DNA from: the human T2T-CHM13v2.0 reference genome, Homo sapiens
Reading direction: 5' to 3' (one strand)
Length of the DNA stretch: 64,000 nt
NCBI RefSeq assembly: GCF_009914755.1
Contig: NC_060929.1
The position numbers and the translations under genes are program-made. The notes under the pieces are model-generated. The model made no database searches. It was not told the DNA's origin and was given only the letters and a program-made list of their open reading frames with translations. Shown piece by piece: positions 30,451 to 46,300 of this stretch. Every line of letters starts with the position of its first letter. Position 1 is the first letter of the stretch.

Positions 30451-31275
30451 CTGGTGACACTCAGCCATTCAGCTCTCAGAGACATTGTACTAAACAACCA
30501 CCTTAACACCCTGATCTGCCCTTGTTCTGATTTTACACACCAACTCTTGGGACAGAAACACCTTTTACACTTTGGAAGAATTCTCTGCTGAAGACTTTCT
30601 ATGGAACCCAGCATCATGTGGCTCAGTCTCTGATTGCCAACTCTTCCTCTTTCTTCTTCTTGAGAGAGACAAGATGAAATTTGAGTTTGTTTTGGAAGCA
30701 TGCTCATCTCCTCACACTGCTGCCCTATGGAAGGTCCCTCTGCTTAAGCTTAAACAGTAGTGCACAAAATATGCTGCTTACGTGCCCCCAGCCCACTGCC
30801 TCCAAGTCAGGCAGACCTTGGTGAATCTGGAAGCAAGAGGACCTGAGCCAGATGCACACCATCTCTGATGGCCTCCCAAACCAATGTGCCTGTTTCTCTT
30901 CCTTTGGTGGGAAGAATGAGAGTTATCCAGAACAATTAGGATCTGTCATGACCAGATTGGGAGAGCCAGCACCTAACATATGTGGGATAGGACTGAATTA
31001 TTAAGCATGACATTGTCTGATGACCCAAACTGCCCATGTCATTTGTTTCCAGAAACGAGGACCAATAATTCTCTCACACTGGCATTTGTGCTGGTAGTAC
31101 AAGTCCTTTAATATGTCCAGGAAGGGAGCCATTGCCCAGTGGTCCATATCTCCACCACATCCCCTGCTTGAGCCCAGCGCTGCATGTCCCTCCCAAGAAG
31201 TCCAGAATGCCTGCAAATTGCTGTAATTTTATACCATGTTCTAACCAATAAACAGAACTATTTCTTACACTCTCA
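30451..31275 (+). other. KCNIP1: KCNIP1 3' UTR (end approximate)
   Basis: Repeat-free sequence from the stop codon to the first AATAAA plus about 20 nt. Confidence 0.75.
31247..31252 (+). terminator. Polyadenylation signal AATAAA of KCNIP1
   Basis: ctaaccAATAAAcagaac, first canonical hexamer noticed after the stop codon, with an upstream TGTA. Confidence 0.8.
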
Positions 31276-31362
31276 ATCACTTCTTCATGACTCCGTTAGG
31301 TAAGAGAGGTAAGCTGTGAAAAGGGAAGGCTAGTCCATTCATTTGACACCCAATTATTAGTG

Positions 31363-31597
31363 CAGTTGTCCCTCCATATGTGTGAAGGATCAGTCCCAGG
31401 ACTCTCCATACCAAAATCTGCAGATACTCAAGTCCCACAGCTAGCCCTGAGGGACTCGTGTTTTCAGAAAATTTGGCCTCCATATATGCAGGTTTCACAT
31501 CCTATAAATACTGCATTTTCTATCACTTTTGGTTGAAAACAATCTGCATGTAAGTGGACCCAAGAAGTTTAAACTCATGTTGTTGGAGGGTCAACTG
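31363..31597. mobile_element. MER2-like TcMar-Tigger element just past the poly(A) site
   Basis: TIRs CAGTTGTCCCTCCA...TGGAGGGTCAACTG followed by TA; internal ccaaaatctgcagatactcaagtccc. Confidence 0.8.
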
Positions 31598-33264
31598 TAC
31601 TTACGTTGTGCCAGGCCTGTGCCAGGCAATGACTTCATCCTCCCCAGCCCCCAAGCCTTCCCCAGCAAACATCCAATCCAAATGCAAATACTGTGACCAA
31701 ATGCAAATGCAACTTCGAGACAAGACCCTTCACAACACTTTGCTTCCAACAAGATTGCCACTTCTAAGACCCTCTGATATGGAAAGCCTGGAGCCCCTGT
31801 GGTGTGAGTGGGAGTGCAGAGATAAAGAGGATGACGGGGCCTCCTGCTGAGAGATTTTAGGCTCTAGAGGACCATCAAGCGGCTTCAGCCTATAACCAGC
31901 AAATGATTACTCATGTTGAACACTGTGGGTCTTAGTTTCCCCATTTGACATCACATTTGAAAGACTAAAAGCTAACAGTAGCATTCTTGGAAGGAAAACA
32001 ATTTACTGAAACCCTATTTTGTGCCAGGTGCTGCACTAGGGGCTTTATATACATTATCTTATTTCATGCTCATGTGGAGCATTCCAGATGGTAGAGTCCT
32101 GGTTGTACTGATGAGGTTGCTGAAGCTCAGAGAGGTAAGGGGGACCTGCGTAAGGTAGCACAGCTGATAGGGACTCCATAGGGAGGCTAAACTCTTCTCG
32201 CTCTATCATAGACCCTTCCTACAAGGGGATTTTGCCTCACCCCAAGGATGAGGATACTTCCCACTAATCTCATTCATCTGAAGTCAGTTCAGAGAGGCAT
32301 TGGTGTTCTTTGAGTCTGTGTAACAGATGGAGAAACAGATGCAGAGAAGGGGAATATCTCAGGCAGCCACAGTCACCGGCAGGGGCAGGCCACAAAAACA
32401 TCTCCTGCATTCATGACACATCCCACTCAGATGGCCATTGGCTGCTGCCTCTTATGGTTGGAAATTGTAAGTGTGATGATGAGAATTTGTTGGATAGTTC
32501 AGACCTGTTCCTCTGGGCTTCCTGCATGTAGCCATGTGGTTCCCTAAGGCTTCTGGGCATGTGGCTGGTCCCCAGCAAAGCATCTACTTAGGCCCAAGAG
32601 AGGATCTGTCCTAGAGACTCTTCCCATATGGGGTCCTAACCTGCATCTTGAGGCTTTATGATGTCTAGGCCAGTGTTCCCTGCCCTGGCTGCACATCAGA
32701 ATCACCTGGGAACTTTGAAAAATGTGAACATCTGGATGCCACAGCAGACCAACTGAAGGAACATCCCTGAAGGTGGGACCTGGGCCTCAGAATTCTTTAG
32801 AGGCCACCCAGGTGGGTGTACTGGGCACACAGGGCTAAGGTGGAGAACTGACACATCTAGAGCTGCGAATGAAGTGCGTGGTCTGAGCCATCCCCCTGGC
32901 CACAAGGATCAATTCAGGGATAGGCTTGAGACCCACGCTGGTTCAAACAGCATGAATCTCCAAACTAGTGCTGGGAATGATGAGACAAAGATGTTCTCCC
33001 TCACCAGACATGAATGAGAGCGCACATAGCCCTAAGACATGCCAGTAACTATTTAGGAATTCTGAGAGTTTATCTAATAATCAGAGGGTTAATAAGCCAG
33101 AGATCACATAAGGCAAGGCAGAGAGATGAAAAAAAAAAAAAAAGCAAGCAGAAACGAGCCTTTGATAATATCATTGATCTGCTAGATCAAGCTGCTTCTG
33201 AAGCTGGACATACCTCTGACCTTTTCAGGTGCCTGTGTCAGGTGCCTATATAAGGTCTAGGTCA

Positions 33265-33577
<313 letters not shown>

Positions 33578-34259
33578 TCAGTGGCTGCCTTCCTTCCCCG
33601 CTGGCTGCATGTCAGAATCACCTGGGGAGCAGAGGAGGGGAATGTTTTTGAAGTGCCAAATGCCTGGGCCTTATCCCAAATGAATTGCATCAGAATATCT
33701 GGAGGTGAGGCCCTGAGGATCAGTATGCTGTAAAGGCTCACCAGGTGATTCCAATGCACACCTATGGCTGCAAACCCCTGCTCTAGAGCAGAGGAAGTAC
33801 TGGTACCCCTCTCCCTGTGTTAGCCAGACCACAAGTAAGACACCAGCATCAGCCCTGGGCACTTAAAACTGAGAGGAAAATCAGCAGCTTAGATATTCAG
33901 AGAGAATTCATTGTGGATGGAAGTTTTAAAAGTAGTCCTCAGATGGATAAACAACAGAAAGGGAGATGGTTGTCCTAATGAAGAGCAGGGAAAGGACACG
34001 TTGCAGCAATGAGAGCGTATTGGCCTCATCTCCCACTTGTCTTCTTGGAGGGATCCTGCTCCTCTTGAACCATCCAACAAATTCTCACCATCACGCCTGC
34101 TGATGGGGACTCAACTGTGCAGCAGGTGCTATGGACACTTTGCCCAATCCCCTTGGTACTCACCATCACCCTGCAGGTAGACTCAACTGCTGCCAAGTGC
34201 AATCACCCGAGAGTTTTTGTCTGTGACTCTAACCATCACAGAGTGTGTCCATGACAGCC

Positions 34260-34682
34260 CGCTATGTTTTGGGTATTTGAGTCTCTAAGCCTCATGTTGA
34301 CATTTATGTCCAATGTTGAAAGGGGGCCTAAGATAAGGTGTTTGGGTCATGGGGGCAGGTCCCTCAGGACTAGATGAAGGCCCTCTCTTGGGGCTGAGTG
34401 AGTTCTTACTCTGTTAATTCCTTCAAGAGTGGTTGTTAAAGAGCCTGGCATCACCACCACCCCTCCGCCCCACTCCTCACTTCCTCTCTCACCGTGTGAT
34501 CTGCGCACACCCAGCTCCCCTTCACCTTCCACTATGAGTGGAAGCAGCCTGAAGCCCTCACCAAATGCAGATGCCCAATCAAACTTTCCAGCCACCAGAA
34601 ACGTGAGCCAAATTAGGCTTTTTTTCTTTATAAATTACCCAGCCTTGGGTATTCCTTATAGCTACACAAATGGACTAAGACA
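34260..34682 (+). mobile_element. MaLR solo LTR (MST-like)
   Basis: gctatg...aaattacccagccttgggtattcctt...tggactaagaca. Confidence 0.85.
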
Positions 34683-36043
34683 CAGGGCCATTCTGCCATG
34701 GACATATCAGTCCAAAGGATCAGGTCATCAACACCTCCTAGAAGAAGCCCTTGGCCAATGACCGATGGGACTTGGTGGACAAATATCCCAGATCCTTCTC
34801 CTCTCAGCAGGAAGAACTCTGAGGTCTCTTCTATATCATCTCCTAGACTTCCCTGGTAGGACTGAGCCCCAGTTGCTCACAACAGTAACTTATGATGAAT
34901 AAGACAGACATGTGTCCTGCTTTCATAAACTTCATATTCTAGCAGGAGGAAACTGATGACAAATGAAATTATTTTAGATGAAATGGCATGCATAAATGTG
35001 TGGCATGCTAAAGAGTATACAGGGTGGCTGCGGGTGGAGAGTAAGGCTTCTCTGAAGAGCAGACCACTGAGCTTGACATGATTTGGATCATGGGGTTCTC
35101 CATGGACAACATCTTTTTTGAGTCTCATGACAACCCTGCGGGGCAGGTATCCTAGGCACCTATTTTTCAGATGAAAAAATGATGCCCAGAGTCATAGAAG
35201 GAATTACATACACAGCAGGAAGTGGGCTTAAAAGTCTGCCAAGCTCCAAAATCCATGCCCAGCTTTATTTCTTACAGAGCATAAAGACCATTCTCCACCT
35301 ATTCCTAAAACTAGCTCTGATGATATACAAACACCAGAAGGTGTCAGGAAGCAGATGCTATGAAAACTATTAGTAAAAAGCAATGAAAACAAACCCACAA
35401 ATCTGAGCCAAATTATTCCTCCTGTAAAAGGAATCATGCCAAGGACTTGTGCAAAGATGGCCATATGGGTTTCTTAGAGGAGCTGAAATAAGCATGTCCT
35501 TCCACATCAAAATAAGGCTCAACCTAACTGGCAGACTTCAGCTAGCCCTGCAGTCTGCTCCATTGCCTTACTGGGGACCAACAAAGCTCAGAACTTGAAG
35601 ACTGGGGGGAGCCCGAGAGGCAGCCAGCCCCACCGGGTAGGATCCTGAAGACCCATGATATGCTACAGGTCCCAGTTCTAGAATAAAACATAGGGACCAA
35701 GACTAAGCCAATCATTACCTCCCATGCCTCTGGCCACAGTGAAATTTTAGGAATAGGCTTAAAACCTAAACTCACGCAAATAGCATGGAATGTTAGGGCT
35801 TTTACTGAGAACAATGAAAGTTGCTCATTGTCCTGCCTGACATGAATGAAAAACACAGAGCCCTGGGACCTATAGGCCACCATTCTGTAATCTGCAGGGA
35901 AGCCAAGCTAGAAATGTAGGTAAAGAGACCACAGTGATTCAAGGCAGAGGGATGAAAGAATGGGTTGCTGATGTCATTGAACTGCAGATCAAGCTTCATA
36001 TGAAGTTACATTTACTTCTAGTGTTCATTGCACGTATCCATAA

Positions 36044-36382
<339 letters not shown>

Positions 36383-37350
36383 TAAAGGCAATTCTAGTTG
36401 AACTTTCTGTAACTTGCAACCTGACACTTTCCATTAATAAGCCCCATCGTCTAACCCTCTAGTGTTTCTTCTGGCCACTTTATTCCCCGCCATGCTTCTC
36501 CAGCTACATCTCATCACTCTCTACTCCCAGCAGGAAGCCTGCCAACTCCAGTCTACCCCTTCTGCCCTCATCCCAAAGCCCAGTCGGGACCCCTTATCCA
36601 GACTAGTGCAGGCGAGAAACATAGGTCTGCAATCCTGTGTCACTCTTCCCTCCAGTGTGAACTATATTCAGCTGGTGTCCATGAGAACGCCTAAAGGGGG
36701 ACAAGGATTTTAAGGCAGGGGTTTGAGAACGAAGAGTATGCAGTCCACCCCAACCCGCTCCCTGCTCTACCTGAGGGTCAAAGCCCCTCACTGTTCACAA
36801 TGACACAGACTAGGCAAGTGCTGGGGGAGAGCCGGGGAAAGACAGACAAATGTGGATTCTAAGCAGAAGAGCAAGAGAGAACACTAAACTTGCTGTGGTC
36901 AAGAAAGAAAGTAAAAGGAGGAAAGAAGGAAGCGGGGAGGTGAAAGGGGGGCAGAGGAGGAATGAATAAAGGGGATAAAGTCCTTATGTAGTAAATGCTA
37001 GCCCACCGTAATAGCGAATTTTATGTGTTAACTTGGCAAGGCCATGGTAACCAGTTTTTGGTCAAACATCAGTCTGTTTGGCATTGCTGTGGAGGTATTT
37101 TTCAGCTGAGACTAACATTTAAATCAGTAGACTTTGAGTACAGCAAGCTATCCTCCATAATGTGGGTGGGCCTCATCCAATCAGTTGAAGGCCTCAACTG
37201 AGAGAACATAAGTCCCCCAAGGAAGAGAGAACACTGCCTCCAGACCGCCACGCGATTCGGGACGGCAACATCAACTCTTCCCTGGGTCTCGATTTTAGAC
37301 TTGCCAGTCCCCACAATCACATAAACCCATTCCTTAAAATAAATCAGTCT

Positions 37351-37810
<460 letters not shown>

Positions 37811-37854
37811 TTAATGTTTGGTTGAAGAAACACAGAAGTTTAACAATTGTATCA

Positions 37855-38128
37855 GGCTGGGCACGGCCTATAATCCCAGCATTTTGGGAGGCCACAATGA
37901 GAGGATCACTTGAGCCCAGGAGTTCTAGACCAGCCTATGCAACATAGTGAGACAAAAAAATGAAGAAAATTAGGGGTGTGGTGGAGCGCACCTGTAGTCC
38001 TAGCTACTCGGGAGGCTGAGGCAGAAGGATCGCTTGAGCCCAGGAGTTCAAGGCTGTCGTGAGCCATGATCTCACCACTGCATTCCAGGCTGGGTGACAG
38101 AGTGAGACTCTGTCTCAAAAAAAAAACA
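37855..38128 (+). mobile_element. Alu (AluJ-like) with small deletions
   Basis: gaggatcacttgagcccaggagttc...A tail. Confidence 0.9.
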
Positions 38129-38729
38129 AATCTGTACCAAAATTAGATGATTCTAGATAACCAAGAAGGAACTGTGCGAGGGCACTCTGATGGGTGGTCA
38201 GAGCAGGGTGGAGAGAGGGACAGCATTTCTGGAGCAACTTCTACTGTCAGCACCGAAGAACAGCACCTAATTTACTAACACAACCACCCTCTGATATACA
38301 AATAGAAATAAACTCCCCTTTTTCCAGACAGGGAGAGCTCAATAAGGTAAAACCACCAGCCCGAGGTCGCACTGCCAGTAATTAATGGGTTCAGAACTTA
38401 ATAATGATAATGATAATGACCATAGCAACGTTTATTCGGTGCTCATAATGAGCCAGACACCACTCTGAATGCCTAATATAAATTATCTAATTTAATTCTC
38501 ACCAAGAAAAAAAATCCTATTTCATTTGATGTCCCACTTTATCCACAAGGAAACCGACTCAGAAGTGATGGAGACAGGTTTCAGGTCAGCTGGTCCAATC
38601 CCAAAGCCCATTCTACACGCGCCCCTACTCTGGCTACCTCCCACTCCAACAGAGGCGTTTTGTCTCCGACACCTCCCCCCTGCTGTTCACACAAAGGGAG
38701 GACAACCCTGGGGGTTCTGGTAATCCTGG

Positions 38730-39480
38730 AAGGCTTCCTGTCAGAGGTGGGCCGGGGGAAACGCGGGCAGGAGAAGGGAAGTCTCGCTCAGGGGAGTGGT
38801 GTGCATGGGGCAGAGGCTGCCAGGGACGCTGAAGGCTGATAGCCGGGTTGGCGCGGAAATGGGACGCCGCAGGGTGGGACAGGCGGGAGGGATGGGATGG
38901 GCAGGGTGTGATGCCGGACGAAGGAAACGGGCCTGCCCGGCAGGTGGCAGAGAGCCACAGAAGAGCTCCGAGGGGGTGGTGCGTGAGATGGCGCTGCAGG
39001 CTGGAAAGGGGCTGCAGGCAGGGTGCCTCCAGAGACCGCAAGAGAACAGCTTGCGAGGGACCGTGGGAACTTCAAGGAACCGCACCGCCCTCCTGGACCA
39101 CCCGAGAAAACAGGGGAAGTGGGCGAATGAGTAGACCAAAGTACTCATGACAGGGCAGGAGCAAGTGAGAGACCCTGGAGGACCATGGAGAGAACGTGGT
39201 AACCGATGGAGAGGGATGAAAACCGAGCCGCGGGTGTGAGTCTGAGGCGCCCCCAGGCCCACCAGCGTGTGAGCGGCAGGTGCTGTTCGCCATCAGCCGC
39301 TAGATGGAGCCGGCGCCTCGCCGAATGCGCCGGGATCCGTCGCGTGGATGTCAGGTCCGGGCCAGGGAGCCAAAGCGGCGGCTCCGCGGGGACCCTCCAC
39401 AGTTCCGGACTCCAGCCCAGCGCCGGCTTCAGGGCGTGCGACCCTGAGCTTGGTTTAACGCTCCGCCACCGCGGCCTTGA
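38730..39480. promoter_or_regulatory. CpG island-like region with a candidate CTCF site (39294-39311)
   Basis: Visibly GC- and CpG-dense non-repeat sequence (CGCG, CCGG, GCGC clusters); CCGCTAGATGGAGC resembles the CTCF core. Confidence 0.75.
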
Positions 39481-39854
<374 letters not shown>

Positions 39855-41720
39855 CCACCTTTTCATTTTTGCCCTGAACTTGGCAAATTATGGAGCAGGT
39901 CCTGCCCAGGGCTTTCAGTTTCCAGCACTTTCTTGCCTTGACTCATTTTCCCTCCCACACCGCAGTGAGGAGAGGTTAGGGTCCCATTTTTTTATAGACC
40001 AAGAAACTAAGGCTCAGAGAGGCGAAGAGATCTATTTAAAATCACGCACTGGCCCTTGGTGGAGCAGGGCCAGAAGCCACATTTGTGACCCCAAGTACAG
40101 AGCTCTTTCCCACCCACCTAAGAGGCTGTCCCCTGGCAGGCAGGGTCCCACCTAGAAGGCCAAGACCCTCGCCCACGCCCAGCAGGGAGCCTCCTTCAGG
40201 CCCACCTGTGCTTATGGATAGCTTAGGGTGGGCCAGGGCATCTGGGCTCCAGTTGCTCAGAGGCTGGGGCAGGGCTGGGACAAGTGGCAGAGCTGTTCCC
40301 AGAGTCTGTTTCTTCTGATGATTGGAAACTCCCTGGCAGCCAAGAGGAAGAGGCAGTCCTCGGAGCCCAAGCTGCCAGTCCTGGCTCTGCTTCCTGGACA
40401 GCCAGCCACAGACACTGGCGGTCAGAAGGACCTTCCCTCGGGGCAGCTGCCCCACCACGGAGCTCCTGCACGCAGAGCGGGAGGGAGGAAAGGGGCCTGG
40501 CTTCCAAGTGAATGAGACAGACCAGAGCTTGAGTCCTGGCTCCCCGCATTCCAGCTGCACGCCCTTAGGCAGGTGGCCCCTCTGAGCCTTGCTTTCATCA
40601 GAAGTAAACTCAGGATCACATTCTCGGGACTGCTGCAGGGAGGGTTGCATAGTGAAAGCACCTGGCAAGTTGCAGAGACTTCATAAATATTCCTTCATTT
40701 ACTCTCGGTTTCAGTCACAAAGGCAGCTGAGTTGTCTGCTCTGGAATCTTCCCCTGGGGGATGAAGCACAGAAGCCTGCTCTGGGGGTCACAGACTCTCC
40801 CCTAAGCAGGGTGGGGGCAGAGTGCTCGGTGAGGGGAGGGCTGGAGAGCAAGAGAGCTGTGAGAAATATGCTCCATCAGGCCAGACCAGCCACCGGAGGG
40901 GATGGGGGGGCATGGGGGGTGGGGGCCCACTGCAGGTCCGAAGCGGCCTGCCAGGTGGCTTTCCACGCTGGTTGGGGCTGCAGACAAGCAGATGCATTGA
41001 GGCCAGGCCATGGGGCAGGAGGAAGACAACACAAAGATAATAATACTCGCATTGCCCCATGTGGTTCTACAACCCCAAGCTGGTGCCAAAGCCTTCCCCT
41101 CGCTGCATCCTCACCTCCGCACTTTACAAATCAGTGACCCAAGGTCAGGAGAGTGACACAAAGACGTGGACCAGCCTCCTAATTCTTGATTCAGTGATCA
41201 CCCTGGTATTGCAGAGTCAGGGCCCCAGACCATGGAACAAAGGGGCAGGAAAGGCAGGATGTCCCTCCTTGTTCCTCCGTCTGCCAGCTCCACAGAGCTG
41301 GAGGTGGGGACTGGGGTCAGGAATCAGGGACCAGAGAACAAAAGGTTCCCGTCATCCCAGGGCCTGTGCCTTCCTCTGAGTGCAGTCGCTTGGCTGAAAC
41401 AGGATGAAAGGTTTTCCTGGGGCCCTTGGAGTCTGAGAAGCTGGGCTCCAGCCCCACTGCTGCGATGGACATGCTGTGTGACCTCAAGAACATAAGTCCC
41501 CCTCTCTGAGCCCCTGTCTCCTCATCTATGAAACAGGGATGATAATCCTTACCTCACAGGATTGGAATGGTGTCAGGATGACATGTGAGTTTCATGGTCG
41601 GTCAGACTGACTTCAGACTCCAGCTCTGCCCTCTATTCGCTCTATGATCTTGTGTAAGTCTCCACCTCTCCACGCCTCAGTTTCCTCGTCCGAAAAACAA
41701 GGATGTTAAGACCTCCTGTC

Positions 41721-42049
<329 letters not shown>

Positions 42050-43053
42050 CTAGGATGTTGTAGAGATTCAATAATGTTAATCTCCCCAGGAGAGATGGAG
42101 GCTGGAGGTAACCAGGGCTGCATTTCACTACAGAGGCCACCCAGGACCTGGCCTGGCGCCTGCCCCAGCACCCAGGCTTATCCAATGCCCACAGGGCCAA
42201 CAGTGCAGAGGCATTCCTGCTGTCACCCAGCAGCCTTTCAGGAATGAAAGTTGACAATCAGAATGAGTAGTGACATTAACCAGGCCACATCAACAATGAA
42301 AAGACTGTGAATTATTTGAAATCTGGATCTAAGAGACAAAAACCTTTTGTTCCATGATCTCAGAATCTTTCAAAGGCTCATGTATGCCTCCTCACAACAG
42401 CAGCCACCAAAACACTTGGACCTCTCTGCCTCAGTTTCCTAATCTGTAAGCCACAGAAATGCTGTTCGGACCTCCTTCAAGAGAACCTGCCTGACCTTGT
42501 CTTGAGTAAGCGTTCAGAGTAGGGGTGACGATGTTCCTATGGTCACCCCACTCCACCCCAGGGAGGGGAGCTGGGATGGCTGCTGCAGGGGCCTGGCCAC
42601 CAAATCCCCCAGGCTGTGCCCAGAAAGGGACTGGCCACCAGGGGGCTTTAGTTCCAGGCCACTCCTGCTGGACACCGAGTCCTCCAACAAGCAACTTGCT
42701 TCGTGGAGGGTAGTTCCCCGCAGTGCTGTCTGTGGCTCTTTCTACCCAGTCTCTCCTTCTACAGATGCCAGACCCACACCGACCCTCCGCTTTTACCTTC
42801 ATGGACTTCCTGCCCGATACATCTCGGGGACATCTAACCCCATCTTGGCATCTGCTCTTGAAGGGCCCTGACTGGCACGGGGAGTGATAGCAATGCCTGC
42901 GGCACTGAGCTGTGGTCAGGACGCAATGTAACCTGCTCAGAACATGCGGGGAGCACAGCCTAAGTGGAAGAGCTGGGACAGTCACCACCGACCACATCCA
43001 CTCATGGATTTGTCTGTTGGTAGAGGTTTAGTTGGTGTTTCCTTATATACCTA

Positions 43054-43382
<329 letters not shown>

Positions 43383-46300
43383 AAAGTAGTTTTAGCCAAA
43401 GGAGGTATTTCTCTTGCACTGTAAGCCAATTTCAGCCAGGCCACCAAAATTGCCTCCCTCAGAAGCAAATATCTGCAGAAGATCCAAGAAAATTTGCTCA
43501 AGGGTTAGCTCCCACCTTTGCTCCAAGAGACACTGGCTCCACTGCTGAATGAACAAATTGTGCAGCTCAGCCTACGTTAGGCTGTATGCTCACATCTCCT
43601 CCTCTGGATCTTGGTTCCCCGGCAGATGAGTGCAACTAGGCCCTGGGGTCCTTCCCAGCTGCAGCATTCTAGGATGAGGACGGAGCACTGGCCTCTGTCT
43701 GTGGCCTCAGAGGCAGCCAGCTGCCTCTCCTCCCTCCCTCCCCGAGCCACGTCTTTTTTTGCCACCCACTCTGTTGTGTCCTGGGTGTGTGAAGGGGCTG
43801 CGCTTAGCTGCGTCTTCTTTTGTCTGGAGATGACAGTCCACAGACCAGGAAGGAAGGGTGGGAATGACGGTTTGCAGAGGGAAGGCGAGGGGAGCTATTT
43901 CCACCTACTTTGGCCTGGTAATTGATGAGCACGTGGGGAGGTTTCCGCATTTCAATAAGAGGTTGCTTTCGCCTTCCTCTGCCTTCCTCCAGAAGAAGCG
44001 CCCCTGACCCGGTGGAACCAAACACAGAGGCTTTCTTTCCAGTGCCATTCTCTGACATCAGCCCTACTCCAGAGAGCTCCCCAGGGAGGGGTCTGAGTCT
44101 CCACCTTCCTCTGAATCCCTCTGCCCCCCAGATTTCATTCCCCACTCACAGGAGCAGCTTGCTCTTGATAACTGCGGTGTCAGCCGCCTAACTCCTCTCT
44201 TCATGTCTCGGGGATGAGCTGACTTGGGCTGCCTTCCTGGACTGCCCCATGCTGCACGTCTCCTGGGATTTCCATAGCCGAAGTATCTCCCACTTACCAC
44301 ATGGGCCAGCTCCCTGTCTTCCAAGCTTCCATTTCTACAGCCTCAGTTACTGGAGGCTTTTGTCTACCCAAGCCTGGGGAACTGCTATTCATGAAAATGG
44401 CAGTATTCATTGTTTTTGAAGATGTCTAAGTCCCAGAAAACATAAGAAGGTTCGAGATGGCTTTTAATATGAAGGAGAGCGGTCTTCATTTTTTTTCTGG
44501 TGAAAGGAACACTTTTTAATGAAAACTCAAGTTAATGTTAAATGACAAATGTCATAGAGCCAGCCACGAGTCTTTCTAACTTTGTTGTGGCCATAAATGA
44601 CAGACATGTGCAATCAAGTCCCCAGGTCAACAGAGGGACAGATTGCTGGCAGAACCACCCTCAGCAGGTTAATAAGTTGACCTGAAAGCTGCCAGGGCAG
44701 TTTGGAACGTTTGCGATGAGGAACTTGTATTTAGTTTTTATAAGTTGTCACATAATCGCTTAGGGCGGCTCTTAAAATATGTCCAAACAAGGAGACAGTG
44801 AATAGGTCTGGAATAACAGTCCCCCTTCTGTTTCAGAACTGACAGTTTCAGCCAATAGGGAGAGGTGAATGGTAATGAGGGAAGAATGGGCTTTTTAGAC
44901 ACACCTGGTATTGAACCCTGACTCATGATGTGCTAACTGAGACTGGGCAAGGTGTCTCAGCTGCCTTATCCGGCTTCCTCCTTGGCCGTAGAGTCAAAAC
45001 ACATCCTTTGCCCCATCCTTTGAGGGTTCTCACCAAGGGAAGGGAATAAACACAGGGCAAACACCTAGGAGGCTGACACCCAACAGGCATCGAGAAATGT
45101 TCATTTTCTTCCTCCCTCCTACCGTCACCCTAGCTCTAGCTCTCATATCTAGGAACTAGAACAGCTGTCTACCCCCTCTCCCAGGCTTTGCCCAGAGCCC
45201 AGATGGTTTCTAGGCAGACCCATAGGATTTAAGGTCTTGCTAACAATTAAAAGCCATGAATCTCTTCCCCTCTTCCCTGCTCTGTTCTGAGTCCTGTGTG
45301 TCTATAGCTCATCTCATCTTCCCCATAGCCCTGAAGTAGATAGGAAAGATGATCATGTCCACAACTCAGAAAGGGTGAAATTAAGGCAGAGAGGTGAAGA
45401 CACTTGCCCCATGTCACCAGTGGAGTGAGCTGATGATGGAGCCAGCACTTGAACCCAAACCATCCATCTAGGTCCAAAGCACACTAGTAGCACCATGCTA
45501 CTACTCTGCCTCCTGAGCCACAAGACAGTAAGGATTAGATGTCCATGCTCAAGCATTGTAAGCAAAAGTAGCTAAGTAGAGAGGGTGAGGAGTCCAACAG
45601 GCTCAAGAAGGAGAGCAGATGCCAGCTGTGCTCGCTCAGAAATCGGAAACGCAGCTTGCAGCCTTTAGTGATAGAGCTGTACGCTTGAGGGGCTTCTTCC
45701 CAGAGAGAGGTCTGGGAGTCAGAAACACAGAGTGCAGTGTCCCCTGCTGAGTCAAACAGAGGCCAGACCAGGGGACACATCAGAGAAACGGCCCAGGAAA
45801 GGCTGGGACAGGCTCAGGACTCGCCCAGAGGTACTGCGCCCTGAGTAAACCTGTTTATTCTTTCAGAATAAGCTGGTGTCGGATGGAAAGGTCAATATTA
45901 TTTAGTATTATTATTAGTTATTCTGGAATAACTACTTATATTTCTTATGTATTTTCCAGGTATTTCACATGCATTCTCTCATTTAAGACCCACGGCAACT
46001 CAGCAACATATTATCCCCTTTTACAGATGAGAAAGGGCTCATTGAGGCAAAGGGATTTATTTATTCAAGTTTACATGGCTGCCTGTGGCAGGGTTGGGTG
46101 AACCAGGGCTGCTCTGCCTCTGTGCCTGCTATGCCAAGTGAGAATAGGGTACTCATCCCAGGATCATCTTTGCAGGCATCCAGCTGTTTCCCGTGCCCAC
46201 CTGCCCCCTCATTAGGTTCTGTAAGATCACCGTCCTGACCCCCAGGAGCACACTCACCCATGGGGTCAGGCTGCTATTAGAAATTCCTTCCAGAGATGCC

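Noticed and set aside
39175-39196. Possible REST/RE1 site (ggaggaccatggagag)
   Set aside because: Mismatches at several key positions of TTCAGCACC..GGACAG; too weak to call
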